Shown here: positions 36,986 to 48,900 of the stretch, piece after piece
Layout of the letters: each line of letters starts with the position of its first letter
Position numbering within the stretch: the first letter of the stretch is position 1
From: a virus
Taxonomy: Duplodnaviria > Caudoviricetes
Direction: 5' to 3' (one strand)
DNA: 64,000 nucleotides
Virus record (IMG/VR): IMGVR_UViG_3300031857_000149
Location: 792 to 64,791 of that record
Position numbers and translations under genes: made by a program
The notes under the pieces: model-generated
What the model saw: the letters and a program-made list of their open reading frames with translations, nothing else
What the model was told of the DNA's origin: nothing
The model's database searches: none

Positions 36986-39900
36986 GCTAATGCAATTGCT
37001 CTCAGATCTTTAAATCTTGGTGCATATGCTTCATTAGTTCCACTCATTACTATTTTTATAGAGAATGCAGTAAATTTATCTAAATTATCTGCAGTAAATT
37101 GATATTCCAAGAATTCATTTTCTTTACTTGATCTAACAAAAGCATCTGGTCGACCAGTATTAAGAGACGAGTCTACAATAGTATCTCCAAATCCATCATC
37201 ATTAGAATCTGTCAAATTATCATAACCTGGGAACAGTTCATAATTTTGTTCAATATTATCAGAATCTGGTTTAAATAATTTGTATAAAATTCTAAAATCC
37301 GCAGAAGAATTCCTATATGCAGTTACAAATACCTTGAGGGAGGTTGCTGGTTGAGAGAGATCTATTTTTTTGGAAATATAAATCGCAGAATGGGGATCTC
37401 CTGTAGTTAAATTTACTCTATTATCAAATACGTAATCTGATATTGGATTATTTAATCTATTTCTATTGAAAACAATAGAACTATTTGCCGTGTCAATAAC
37501 TGGAGACGTATTTGGATCTGCAGAGATTAATGTCATTGCTATGGTAAACGACTTATTCCTTGGTAATGAAGATAACCTTTCGGTTTCATTAACTTTTGAA
37601 CAAACCATTCTGGTTGATTTTAGATTGTTTTGTTGATTGATTTCAATTGGTTCATAACCTTGATCAAGGAATGATACTTCTTTTCCTCCGGCACTAGTTG
37701 CTGAAACAGTCCTAACTTGACTGACAATTGTCGTAAATTGACCGGGATTAATAGTATTGAACTGTGGAATTAATGAATTAAATTGTACATTCTTTGTAGA
37801 TAAGCATTGGTTTCCACCACAAACCTTTTCCTCAACGAAACTTAATTGCTGATTACCAAATGATCTCTCAAGTCTATCAATCTTAATATGATAGGTATCA
37901 ATATCTCTGAAAGATTTTAGATATGAATCATTTGGTAAAGAATGAGTTGTGTTTATTCTGGTCAATGAGATTCCATTTAGTTCATATGGATAGACTAGAG
38001 AATCTTTATCGTGTGATCTGATTAAACTATCACCAACTCCACGAGTGGCAATTCCAAGAATTCCATCAGAAACACTATCATAGTAAATTACTTCACTGTT
38101 AATTAATACGTACCCAGAACTAGATGCCTGACCTTCAAATTTTGTAAATGGTAAAGTACTAGCAACAGAGATAGTAGTAGAATCTGAGGATAGATTTTCT
38201 GTTAATGATGTTGGGAATGTATCTGGAGAAATACCAGATAGTGTAAGTACATTATTATCAGAATGCATACCATGATTGAAATTAGTAACTTCAAGCACAT
38301 TTCCATCATACAAGGAATTAATTACGGAAGATGTTCCTCTAATAGAAGCTGCTAATCCAACAACAGTATTTTCATCACTATATTTTATTAAATTATTACC
38401 AGAAACAAATAATTCCCCTTGAGCATTATTTAAATAAAGTGTATCTAACCCATTAATTTGAGTAACTGTAATTGATGCATTTTTACCCTTACCAACAAAC
38501 GATGTGGTAATTCCTAATACATCACCAACAGAATAACCATTACCACTCTCTTCAATTGAGGTGACAGATGATAACTTATTATTAGTAAATTCTACAGTTG
38601 CAACTGCACCTTCACCAGAACCAGTTACACTATACAGAGGTACTCCAGTATAAATTCCATTTGAGTATCCAATCCCCACATTTAAAACATTTGCTGAAGT
38701 TATTTCACTACCAATTCTCTCAATAAACCCATATGGACCAGAAATATTAGTCTGTCCAATCTTAGACCCAACTGACAGTGCATTAATAGTTGTTGAATCG
38801 GTTAGTGTAACAATTCCGACTTTTAACTTTCTTGGATAAGTTTTGATTGGATTAGAACGTAATCGAGAAACATTAAGATCATCTAATCTTAGATCTGGAT
38901 TATAAAAATAAACTACTCCAGTATCAACAAATTGACATTTATATAGTTTAAATTTTAAATCCTCATTTTGACTTGCGGTCCAAATAGTTCCATTTTGTGA
39001 CTTAAATAAACTACCACCCAAATATTGCCTTGTCATAATAACATTTTCTGCATCTGGTAGATTTTGAGTTCTAACTGTGGATTCACCCATTCTACCTACC
39101 CACATTTCATAATTATTTGATGATGGTGCAAGAATAACTAAGGCATATTCTGTTCTTGGTTGTAAATAAACTGGTGATGGGAAAACTACTTTTGTTGCAA
39201 CTGAAGCATCTTTTGAAACATTAACTTCATTTGGAGTTAATGAAACTGAAGCAAAATCTTGGACTAATTGATTTGTTGGAGTTCCAAGTTCTACAGTTCT
39301 CAGTTCAACAGTTACCCTTTCACTTTCATCCTTACTCGCAAAGTATAAATCTACAGAGTTTAAGAATCCACCAGAATCATCCACAGTAAATGATTGTGCA
39401 AGAGGATCTTTACCTCTTCTTCTTGGTGGTGGACAAACTATAGCGGGTATAATCCATGTATTAAAACGAGATGATTGTCTTCCTAAGAATCCTATACGTC
39501 TAGCATCTGGTGTAGGTCTTGTCGCACTTATGACTAGTCTAGCTGCCCTAGGAACACACCCTGCCGGTGCCGGAGCAGGTTGAGGTTGTGGTGGATTTGG
39601 AGTAGGTGTCGCAACTGTTGGTGCAGGCGGATCTACTGGTCTTGGTGGCACTGGCGCTGGTGCAGCGATAGGTGGTGGTGGTGGTGGAGGTGGGGGTGGA
39701 GTTCTAACAACCACTGTTGTTTGCCTAAACGTATCGATAACTCCCAGTGAGGAGTATGTAGTTTCTCCACTGCTAATTAATAAACTTCCAGTTGTTGAGA
39801 TTTCATTTGTTGAACTGGATGTTAGTTTAAAACTTTTTGTTCCTGTTTGATATTTTATTGTTGGTGCTGGAGTTGCTAAAGGATCTTTTATAAAGAATGA

Positions 39901-42900
39901 TCCACCAATATCTCCAAAATTATCACTAACTAATCTTATTTCTACTACCTTTGCCTGTGCATTGCTTGTTTGCCCGATTAAAGTCGTATTAAGTTCAACA
40001 TATCCATAAAAATTTCCGAGAACATCTTCCGATAGTGAATTTGTATCAACGTTTAAAATAGTTGATGCTGAAGAGTATGACGCCGGAATAGATAATGATC
40101 TATTATATGGATTTAGTGATACTGTAGATATGGGACTGTTGTATGGTCCAGTTTTATGATTAGACTGGCACAATCTGAATGATATTACCTTTTTATTACC
40201 AATATATCCATTTACAGTCTCTCCAACTTGGAATATTCCAGAAGACATTTGAACTTCTAGTAATTTGGGGATAATATCAATCGCTGAAGATCCATCAAAG
40301 AAGGAGAAGTAACGAGTAAATGGCTTTAAACCGCCAGCTACAAATGAAACGTTTCTAGACCTCATGAAGGGTTCTTGTTCGCTACTTATCCTAATAGTTT
40401 CAATATACTCTCTATTAGTATCTCCAAGAATACTTCTAGATCCATTATTGAGATAAATGTTTCTTACCCAACTATCAGATGCTGGAGATAAAATAATCCT
40501 TCCAACCCATTGGATCATATTGAAAGGATTAACATTTTCAACCCGTGTAGCTAATGGTTGCTCTATCCAATTGACTTCGGAGTAAGATAGTGTAATTAAA
40601 TCTCCCCTTTTAACAACTTTTGCATCCAATAAATCCAAATCTTGACTAAAATCCGCAGTTTCAACATTTATTGATGGATTTAATGCAAGTTCTGGTTTTA
40701 GTGAATAAAAATCTATGGGTGTATTTAATTCCTTAGTATTAGAATTGACATCACAATTTGCATCAATTTTTGCAATATCTATGAAATCAGTATTTTCAAA
40801 AGAGTCCGCAAAAAATCCAGATTTAAATCTACTTAGTCCATCAGAATCTTGAATTTGTAATGTTTTTGTATCTAATTCCAATAACGATAGAGAAGTTAGA
40901 ACTTCTAGTTTAGAAACTCTATCTTCAATTTTTCCAATTTCTCTCATAGTATATCTTCTATTGTCAATTAACTGAATAGAAGCTTCTTGTGGATTATACA
41001 GGTATGGTGGTAGCTTGATCAAAGCAATTGTCATTGCTTCGTCAACATTTGCTGGTTCTGATGGATTTTTTGTAGATGATCCCTCAATTACTGAAATGTT
41101 TCCGGACTTATCTAAAACTACCTTATCTATTCTTGGTAAATAATATGAATACCCAATAGCAGAAGATTCATTTGGAGATATAACTACTGACGGTACATTA
41201 CCAGATGATGCTCCAAAATTTCTTGAACTAAATGAAAATGGTGAGGAGTTTTCTGAGGTGAATTTTGATACTCTTGGTCTAAAGTCAAGCGTATCCGATG
41301 CCCTAATATTATCATTACCCAATAATGGAATATCCTTTTCAAATCTCTCAAATGCATAAGAATTGACGGTATATAAGTCTCCACCATCATTTTGTAAAAC
41401 ATCATAATAATTAAATACGACCAATAATCTTTTTGATGGTATTGTAGAATCATTATACCTTACTAATCTCGAATAATCATAATATTGATTTTCTTGTCCT
41501 TTGTTTAGTAAAAATTTATCTGTTAAATTTAAATATTTCCCAGGAATAACCTGTTGAACATTTGAAGAAATATTAGATTCTTCAAATGTAACTGATTCAT
41601 CCGGTAAAAAGGTAGATGCACTTAAATAGCAAATTTCTACAGTTGTTGAAGATATAGATCTAATCAATTGTGCAATAGATCCGCTTTTGCTGCCAATTAG
41701 TTTTTCACCAATGACAGAATTTACATCTAAATTTAAACCATTTACAAAAACTAATCTGTCAAGAACAGGATTGTTTGTATCTAAAGATTCAAATACTCCA
41801 ATGATATTTGAAACGTCTGGAACATTTAAAGATATCTCTTTGTCCTGAACTCTTAGACCATAATATGATGATGTAGTTAATCCACTTACATCAGTTGAAA
41901 TTCCCAAGGAGCATTTATCAACTATTAACCTTTCACTTCTAACATACTGTTTAATTTTACTTTGAACATCAATTTTAATTAATGAAACATTTAAAGTTAC
42001 ATTTGCTGATTGTGAGGGTTTTAATCCATTAATTGTTATATTTGATGAATTATTACTTATTACAACTTGGTCTCCGGTTAAATCTTCGATAGAACCATCT
42101 GAGTATATAATAGTATACCTTTGAGTGTCAAATGGTTGGAAGAATGAACTGGTAACTCCTGCATTCGATACCGATGATGATAAAATTCCATCTACATCAG
42201 TCGATAAATTTTTTATCTGTGTCTTAATTGATATGGTAGAATTATTTAAATCTGTAGAAGAAACATTCTTATCGGGTAATTCAAAATATAGTGTTGAATT
42301 ATTGGCAATAACTTTTGGATTTCCAATAGAAAATGTTGTGGTTACTGTTTGTGTTGGCAAACCTCCTGTACAAACTCCAACTACATTTGGTACAATTCCA
42401 ACAGTCATTGATAAGTTATCTGATGATACTGAAGATACAATATTATAAGTTTCTAAAGTTGAACCAGGAATTTGATATCTAATTATCGTATCAGATTTAA
42501 TACCCGCAAAATTTCCGCCTGCAGTGGTCACATTTCCAGTATCTGATATTGTAATTGTATCTGGCAATCTAAAGTTGGATGCAATACTTTTATCCAAAAC
42601 TGTGTCGGCTGTGAAATTTGATACAAAACCTAGAGCAGATGAATTTTGAAAAACTGATTTTATATCACTAAGACTATATGCTTTAATTGAATCTAGAGAC
42701 CTAATAATACTTTTTGAACCATTGACTGAAATTTGCTCACCGTCAATAAAAGTTCCCGATGTTTGAATTAATGTTAAAATTTTACTACCTAATGTAGGTT
42801 GCTGTAAAACATACCCAGAAGCTCCACTACTCAATCCTTTTATGTAAGTTGTTTCGGGACAATCTGAAGGACTGATTGCCTCGTTTAAAGTTATTTTTGT

Positions 42901-44310
42901 GTATGTCTGTATATCAAGTAAGTGTAAATCCCATTCTGTTGCATTTGAAGAATATGGAGAATTTGATAAATTACAAGAATATACTCTTGCCCTTCCAATC
43001 TCATACTGAGATCCTGGGCTAGTTGAATTTGAAGATTTTCTTCTATTAAAAAGTAAAACTATATTATTTTCATTATCTGACTTGATTAATGGTGTCCCGT
43101 TAACGTTATTAATTTTTAACGAATTATTGAAATTGTATGGGACAAGAGTTCCTGAGATATTTTCTGTAGATCTGGGTTTTTGTATATCTACAATGGTAGT
43201 TCCTATTAACTCAACATCATATCCACGAACATAAGCTTTTCCTGGAGAAACTTTAACACATGCTAAGTTATCTGATGGAATATTTCCTGATGCGGTGGTT
43301 TGATTTTGTGTATATACCCCACTATTAGATATTCCATCATTTAAAGAATTTGCCAATTCTACCTTAAATTTGTCTATTGAATAATCTCCAGATTCTTCAT
43401 AGGTTCTTTTGGCAAAATAATCTCTAATTGTAGAATATTCAGTTTTATTTTGTAATTTTTTTAGTTCTCCATTATCAATTCTGATTAGTTCAATAAAACT
43501 CTTATCATCATAATCAGTTAATGGTTTTTTCGACAAAAATGTAGATATCTTTAATCTATCAGAACCTGGAGCTGCGTAGTTTGAAAACCCTTTTGCATTA
43601 TCATATAATGCAGGATCTTCTTTTGCACTAACAATATCTTCTATAACAGTTAGACCAACCCTATATGAGGGGAAATTTGAATAAGGTTCTAAAACCAATT
43701 TATCAGAGGTTACGTCTACAAAAGAACCTCTGATAAAATATACACCACTTGCAATGCCAACAGCTGATCCAATAGCTGTAGAATTTGAATCAATTAAGGT
43801 TGCAAAAGTTTCTTGAGCATTAATTCCAGTATTTCCATATATTATTTGCTCCTCCGCCACTAAATTTTCACCATCAGTGAATGGGGATACATTATTATCA
43901 TCGCCAGAATTTAAATACTTAACAAATAATGTTGTATCAGTTACTTCATCATTTTCTGAAGGTAGTAAATAACTATCAACTACTGCTGTAATATTTGATT
44001 GCTGCCCTCTAATTTTTTTCCCAATTAAAGATTCTAAGTATACGGATACATCAATGCCGAGATGCTCCGGAGTAATTTTTACTGCAAAATAATCAGAATC
44101 ATAATTAATATTTCCTGGAATAACCATTGAACCTTCTTTAAAAAGATGGCTTCCAAAAGATTCTATTTGATGTTGTAATGATGATTGTAGAGAAGTTAAT
44201 TCTCTAGCTTGAATTGGAACTCCAGGTTTAAATAAAACTCTGTAGTAGTTATCATCTTTATCAAAATCATCATAATATGGTCCTATATTAAGATTGGTTT
44301 TTTGTGGCAT
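36982..44310 (-). CDS. large virion structural protein (DUF4815/VrlC-like), 2442 aa
   Basis: PYYDDFD...Y.RVLFKPG..IQARELT, APG.DRLKI, RFKSGFF.D.F, NVNPF, DPLAQSF; follows gp8. Confidence 0.85.
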   Translation of the reverse strand: MPQKTNLNIGPYYDDFDKDDNYYRVLFKPGVPIQARELTSLQSSLQHQIESFGSHLFKEGSMVIPGNINYDSDYFAVKITPEHLGIDVSVYLESLIGKKIRGQQSNITAVVDSYLLPSENDEVTDTTLFVKYLNSGDDNNVSPFTDGENLVAEEQIIYGNTGINAQETFATLIDSNSTAIGSAVGIASGVYFIRGSFVDVTSDKLVLEPYSNFPSYRVGLTVIEDIVSAKEDPALYDNAKGFSNYAAPGSDRLKISTFLSKKPLTDYDDKSFIELIRIDNGELKKLQNKTEYSTIRDYFAKRTYEESGDYSIDKFKVELANSLNDGISNSGVYTQNQTTASGNIPSDNLACVKVSPGKAYVRGYDVELIGTTIVDIQKPRSTENISGTLVPYNFNNSLKINNVNGTPLIKSDNENNIVLLFNRRKSSNSTSPGSQYEIGRARVYSCNLSNSPYSSNATEWDLHLLDIQTYTKITLNEAISPSDCPETTYIKGLSSGASGYVLQQPTLGSKILTLIQTSGTFIDGEQISVNGSKSIIRSLDSIKAYSLSDIKSVFQNSSALGFVSNFTADTVLDKSIASNFRLPDTITISDTGNVTTAGGNFAGIKSDTIIRYQIPGSTLETYNIVSSVSSDNLSMTVGIVPNVVGVCTGGLPTQTVTTTFSIGNPKVIANNSTLYFELPDKNVSSTDLNNSTISIKTQIKNLSTDVDGILSSSVSNAGVTSSFFQPFDTQRYTIIYSDGSIEDLTGDQVVISNNSSNITINGLKPSQSANVTLNVSLIKIDVQSKIKQYVRSERLIVDKCSLGISTDVSGLTTSSYYGLRVQDKEISLNVPDVSNIIGVFESLDTNNPVLDRLVFVNGLNLDVNSVIGEKLIGSKSGSIAQLIRSISSTTVEICYLSASTFLPDESVTFEESNISSNVQQVIPGKYLNLTDKFLLNKGQENQYYDYSRLVRYNDSTIPSKRLLVVFNYYDVLQNDGGDLYTVNSYAFERFEKDIPLLGNDNIRASDTLDFRPRVSKFTSENSSPFSFSSRNFGASSGNVPSVVISPNESSAIGYSYYLPRIDKVVLDKSGNISVIEGSSTKNPSEPANVDEAMTIALIKLPPYLYNPQEASIQLIDNRRYTMREIGKIEDRVSKLEVLTSLSLLELDTKTLQIQDSDGLSRFKSGFFADSFENTDFIDIAKIDANCDVNSNTKELNTPIDFYSLKPELALNPSINVETADFSQDLDLLDAKVVKRGDLITLSYSEVNWIEQPLATRVENVNPFNMIQWVGRIILSPASDSWVRNIYLNNGSRSILGDTNREYIETIRISSEQEPFMRSRNVSFVAGGLKPFTRYFSFFDGSSAIDIIPKLLEVQMSSGIFQVGETVNGYIGNKKVISFRLCQSNHKTGPYNSPISTVSLNPYNRSLSIPASYSSASTILNVDTNSLSEDVLGNFYGYVELNTTLIGQTSNAQAKVVEIRLVSDNFGDIGGSFFIKDPLATPAPTIKYQTGTKSFKLTSSSTNEISTTGSLLISSGETTYSSLGVIDTFRQTTVVVRTPPPPPPPPPPIAAPAPVPPRPVDPPAPTVATPTPNPPQPQPAPAPAGCVPRAARLVISATRPTPDARRIGFLGRQSSRFNTWIIPAIVCPPPRRRGKDPLAQSFTVDDSGGFLNSVDLYFASKDESERVTVELRTVELGTPTNQLVQDFASVSLTPNEVNVSKDASVATKVVFPSPVYLQPRTEYALVILAPSSNNYEMWVGRMGESTVRTQNLPDAENVIMTRQYLGGSLFKSQNGTIWTASQNEDLKFKLYKCQFVDTGVVYFYNPDLRLDDLNVSRLRSNPIKTYPRKLKVGIVTLTDSTTINALSVGSKIGQTNISGPYGFIERIGSEITSANVLNVGIGYSNGIYTGVPLYSVTGSGEGAVATVEFTNNKLSSVTSIEESGNGYSVGDVLGITTSFVGKGKNASITVTQINGLDTLYLNNAQGELFVSGNNLIKYSDENTVVGLAASIRGTSSVINSLYDGNVLEVTNFNHGMHSDNNVLTLSGISPDTFPTSLTENLSSDSTTISVASTLPFTKFEGQASSSGYVLINSEVIYYDSVSDGILGIATRGVGDSLIRSHDKDSLVYPYELNGISLTRINTTHSLPNDSYLKSFRDIDTYHIKIDRLERSFGNQQLSFVEEKVCGGNQCLSTKNVQFNSLIPQFNTINPGQFTTIVSQVRTVSATSAGGKEVSFLDQGYEPIEINQQNNLKSTRMVCSKVNETERLSSLPRNKSFTIAMTLISADPNTSPVIDTANSSIVFNRNRLNNPISDYVFDNRVNLTTGDPHSAIYISKKIDLSQPATSLKVFVTAYRNSSADFRILYKLFKPDSDNIEQNYELFPGYDNLTDSNDDGFGDTIVDSSLNTGRPDAFVRSSKENEFLEYQFTADNLDKFTAFSIKIVMSGTNEAYAPRFKDLRAIALA

Positions 44311-44313
44311 TGT

Positions 44314-45867
44314 TTAAAATTCCAGAATAATTTTGATATCTTCTTTTTGTCTAGAGTTTCTTGATATTAGTGGGCGATTGTCCAAATAAAGTAACTCTCC
44401 ACTTGTTTTATTTATCTCCGGATTTGCTAATCCATTTGTAAATTGAGTACCAAGATTTATTAGTTTAGATCCAATTGTTGTTGTAATACCTGTGTATCCG
44501 GAAATAGTACCATTAAATCCACTTGCTGATGTAACTGGAGATGCTGATGATTGGAAATCTAAAACCAAAGAATTGGTACTAACTCCGACATAGTCGGTTT
44601 GATCTTGAGTGCTGGAATTTAAATACAAAGACCGGTCTTTATAATATTTTAAAACCTTAGTCTCAACATCATATGAAGCAACATATGCCCTTGCTTGACC
44701 AGATCCAACGGATTGTATTATTTCATCCCCAATGCTTAAATTTGTAACCCCAGAGACTGAACTGAATCTAATCCCATAAAGAGATGAGAATTCTCCACCA
44801 GTATATACACTGGTTGAACCGATTGTTATTGGATTTTTTATGACTCCAATTTGAGAAAATTTTGTATCTGTAGGAAAATCTCTTGTAGAATCATCAAATC
44901 TAGTATATAATAAGACTCTATCAGATCCTAGTTCTTTATATGGATCATATCCATGCCCCTTTGATGGTGGGATTATTGGAATTAATTTTGCGGGAGTTCC
45001 AAGAGTTGTTGCATTAATTGGACCAAGATCTACTATCGCATATGAATAGTCTTTTCCTCCAGATGAAACAGTAGCACTAATAATAGTAGTAGTTTCGTCA
45101 TCAACTTCAACAACTACCTTTCCACCTGTTCCGTCTCCGAGAATATTTAATTCATGAGTTCCTGGCGTGTACCCACTACCACCATTTTGAATATATATTT
45201 TTTTTATTTGATTGAGATTTACAGATGAATCTCCGTTTTCCCTGACAGATTCAACTTGAGAATCTACGGAATTTTCCCAATTATATGGAAGTGAGATATA
45301 TTCGGTAGAATCAAATTTTATAATGTCTGATGGCGATACGGTAAATAAATATTTCCATATATACCCATCTTCACTTACACCAGCTTTAGATGGATCAACA
45401 TCAGTAAATTGTGGCTCATCTAATGATGTATTTCCTACTGTGTTTATTCCCGAAGATCCATTATCTATACAAATATAAACACTATAGTTACTATTAATCA
45501 CATAGTAATTTGCATCATATAATCTGGAAGATTGGGTTATTGGTGAAAGGTTATTTAATGAATAGTCATGCCTATACATTTCATATCTTGTACCTCTTAC
45601 CCAATCAATTCTTCGTATAACTCTTCGCGCATTTGCACTATTGACTCTTTTCCCAAATAAAATTGTATCACGAGTATGTTGTTGATACTCCAAATTATCG
45701 ACGGGATTTGGTGTATTGGTGTTCCAATTATTTGTTCTACCAAAACCTACTGTTTCTGGATTAGATAGACCTACAAATATGTAATAAGAATTTGAAGGAT
45801 CTTCAATAGACTTAATAAAGTTATTTGCATTCTCTAATCTAAATTGATCAGTTATAATTGCTGTCAT
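44314..45867 (-). CDS. gp8: baseplate wedge subunit (T4 gp8-like)
   Basis: W..G..Y..Y, VY.C.DN, DGY.WKYL.T, SGE..Y.DNR..I.R...Q.EDIKII.EF. Confidence 0.9.
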   Translation of the reverse strand: MTAIITDQFRLENANNFIKSIEDPSNSYYIFVGLSNPETVGFGRTNNWNTNTPNPVDNLEYQQHTRDTILFGKRVNSANARRVIRRIDWVRGTRYEMYRHDYSLNNLSPITQSSRLYDANYYVINSNYSVYICIDNGSSGINTVGNTSLDEPQFTDVDPSKAGVSEDGYIWKYLFTVSPSDIIKFDSTEYISLPYNWENSVDSQVESVRENGDSSVNLNQIKKIYIQNGGSGYTPGTHELNILGDGTGGKVVVEVDDETTTIISATVSSGGKDYSYAIVDLGPINATTLGTPAKLIPIIPPSKGHGYDPYKELGSDRVLLYTRFDDSTRDFPTDTKFSQIGVIKNPITIGSTSVYTGGEFSSLYGIRFSSVSGVTNLSIGDEIIQSVGSGQARAYVASYDVETKVLKYYKDRSLYLNSSTQDQTDYVGVSTNSLVLDFQSSASPVTSASGFNGTISGYTGITTTIGSKLINLGTQFTNGLANPEINKTSGELLYLDNRPLISRNSRQKEDIKIILEF

Positions 45868-45886
45868 ATTACATAGGTTTTTTCAC

Positions 45887-45894
45887 TATTTATA
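45887..45894 (-). promoter_or_regulatory. T4-type late promoter
   Basis: Exact TATAAATA upstream of gp8. Confidence 0.85.
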
Positions 45895-45901
45895 CCATTT
45901 A

Positions 45902-48900
45902 TTAACCTAAATCTTTTCTAAGAGCTCCAGTGCTTCTTAATCCAAATCCTCTCCTCTGAATATCTGGGAATGTCGATAGACCAACATCGACCGAATATCC
46001 TTTTAAATTAACTTCAAATCTATTTCCTAATACAGATCTATCAAAATCAAAAATTCTTCCCCAAGAAAATCTTCCACAAGGATTATCTACAGAACCGGAT
46101 GTAGAAAGTCCGGTAGTAAGAGTTGATGGGTGAATATTTACAATAAATTCACCATATTCGCCATTAACACTTAAAGAATTTAAATAATAGATATTATCCA
46201 GGAAAGTAGATCCATATCCAATTACATCGGAAGTTGCTGTATTAATTGAAACTACACCATTTCCAACGTAAGTATCATAGACACATATTGGGTATGTGAC
46301 ATTTAATCCCTGATATGAAAATGCTCTAGTAAAGAACTTTAGTGCAAGTGGATTTCCATTTGTTCCAGTTGTTGTTGTTATTCCAGTGATTATTCCAGTT
46401 GTTCCCTGGAATCTTGGAATATTTCTTATTTTTTCTATGTTTGTTTTTGGTATTGGTGATATAACAGTTGGTGGATTTGTATTTGTGTAACCAATTCCCG
46501 AATTTACTATAGTAATTGGATATGAAATTTTTCCATTGGAAATGCTTGCAATAGCAATTGCAGTAGATCCTATCCCCAAATTTCCATATTGGTTGGATAT
46601 CATTATATTTGTTGGTGACGATATGTAAATTTCTGTAGAAACTCCAGTGTATCCATTTCCACCATCATTAATTATCAATTGTTGAATAGTTCCAGATGTA
46701 GAAACAATAGCAGTGATCGCAGCCGCAACTGGATTTGTATTTTGGACAATAAGTGCATCAAACTTAGAAATGACAATATCAGATTCATCTTCTTCATAAT
46801 TGAAGAATTTTATATTATCTACGAATAATTGAATATCATCTTTTCCGACTGATTTTATAACCTTTGCGGAAGGGAATACTAACGGTTCGATGGTGTCTCT
46901 AGATTTGTAAATATTAACGCCCCCAATATTCAAATCGGATTTTTGTTTTGACCAAGCAAGAGGTTTTGAATTAACTTCATCAATTCCTTGGTCAATATAT
47001 AATCCAGTTTCTATAATATCCGATGAGAATATTGTTGAGACTTTTCTCTGATCTTGTGTAATTGTTTCTGGAATATAATTATTTTTATATACCTGAACAG
47101 TATCGCCTTCTTTAATTGTCTCAAGAACATTAATAAGAACACTATCAATGTCTCTACTACCTCTATAGAAGAATATCGAAACATTATCTTCTTTTTTGGG
47201 TGGATCTACAAATATTACACTAGTTCCTCCCTCAAATTTATAATTTTTTATAGGTTCTTGAATAACTCCATTTACAAATATTAGCAACACACTATTAAGA
47301 TCAATTAATTGAGAATCTTCGTCGTTAAGATTTTTCTCAAAACTCAATAATTCTCCATTATAAACTAATGGGAACCTAACCCTAATACCATTTTGCAAAT
47401 CTTTGATGGGATCAATAAAGTCTAATTCTCCAAATTGCCAAGCGGCACACGTATCTGTAAATGTTGATAGTACAGTAAGTTCAAAGTTACTAATTGGAGA
47501 ATTTAAACTCTTATCCGTAACAAGTCCCACAACTCTAATAACATCCCCAATTTGGAATGAATATCCTGATCTAGAAATTTTGAAGGCAGAAACTTCGTGA
47601 AGAGATGATGCACCATTATTTGCTGGTTCAACATCCAATGTTAACAGAAGACCAATTCCCGTATCCGTAGTTGATCCAATTCCCGCCCTGTATGCACCTA
47701 TTACAGGTAAGTTTTCATAATTAGGTTCAGGAGTAAGAATTCTTATCGTATTAGTGTATCCACTACCACCATTATGAATAGTAAATGACAGTGTGCCACC
47801 AATTCCTGCGATTGCGGTTATACTTGCGGCAGTTCCTGTATGATTTGGGTCAGTTACTCCGATAGATACAACCCCACGATATGCAGAACCTAAATTATCG
47901 GTGATTCCTAATCCAACAGAAACAACACTACCACCAGCACCAATAACTGCTGTTACAGACGCTCCTACAAGGGGTGCATATCCTAATCCTGGAGTTGAAC
48001 CTAAAGAAACAATTAGACCACCTCTTGGTAGTTGATTTTGATTTATATCTTTTTCTGTAGTTATAATAAAACCATTGTCGGATGAAATTCCAGTAAATGT
48101 TACACTAGAAATCCCTGCAGATTCTTCAAAAATATAATTATTGCCAACATTATTATCTGTTGTCGGTGTTTGGAATATACCATTTATAACTAAAATTCCA
48201 CTTCCTGGCTCAATTCCTGAGGTATTAATTCCATTTGCAGTTAAAGTGAAACTTTGTCCGATTCCAGTGAATTGTTTTGAAATGTCATCGTATACTTTAT
48301 TGTTCGTATAATCACTTCTAAGGTAAACCCTTCCACCAAAAGAAGAAACTGGTTTTAATAAATTTGTGTCTATGTCAATAGTTACTCCAATTCCAGATCC
48401 TTTAGGTTCATCAACAAAATATATTCTATTACCAACAATATCATACCCACCAGTTAAAACTTCTACTTCAGTAGAATCTGCATGGTTTGTTGATATTGAT
48501 CCAAAAGTTCCTCTTTTAACTTCAACAATTGGAAAATCCCCAATATTTGTAATTGGACCAATATTAGTGGTTCCCAATCCAACATTAATTACAGTTACAT
48601 ATTCTTGATTGATTTGTAAAACATCTTTTGGGGCAATTGATCCTATTCCACTTAATGTGATAAATGGACTTTCATCATCAATTCCACCACCATTATTAGA
48701 TAATTCATGTTTAATATTAGTATTTGATAGTGGTGATTGAATAACTCCATTTAATGTAATAATAGTCTTTTCTGCTTTCTTTGCCATTTCCAATCTATGG
48801 GCGTTTCCACTGCCCAACCCGGTGAATACTACTGTAGTATTCAATTCTTTTCTCGTAGTGAGTTTGAATTGGTCTTTGTTCAATCTCTTTACATAGACAG

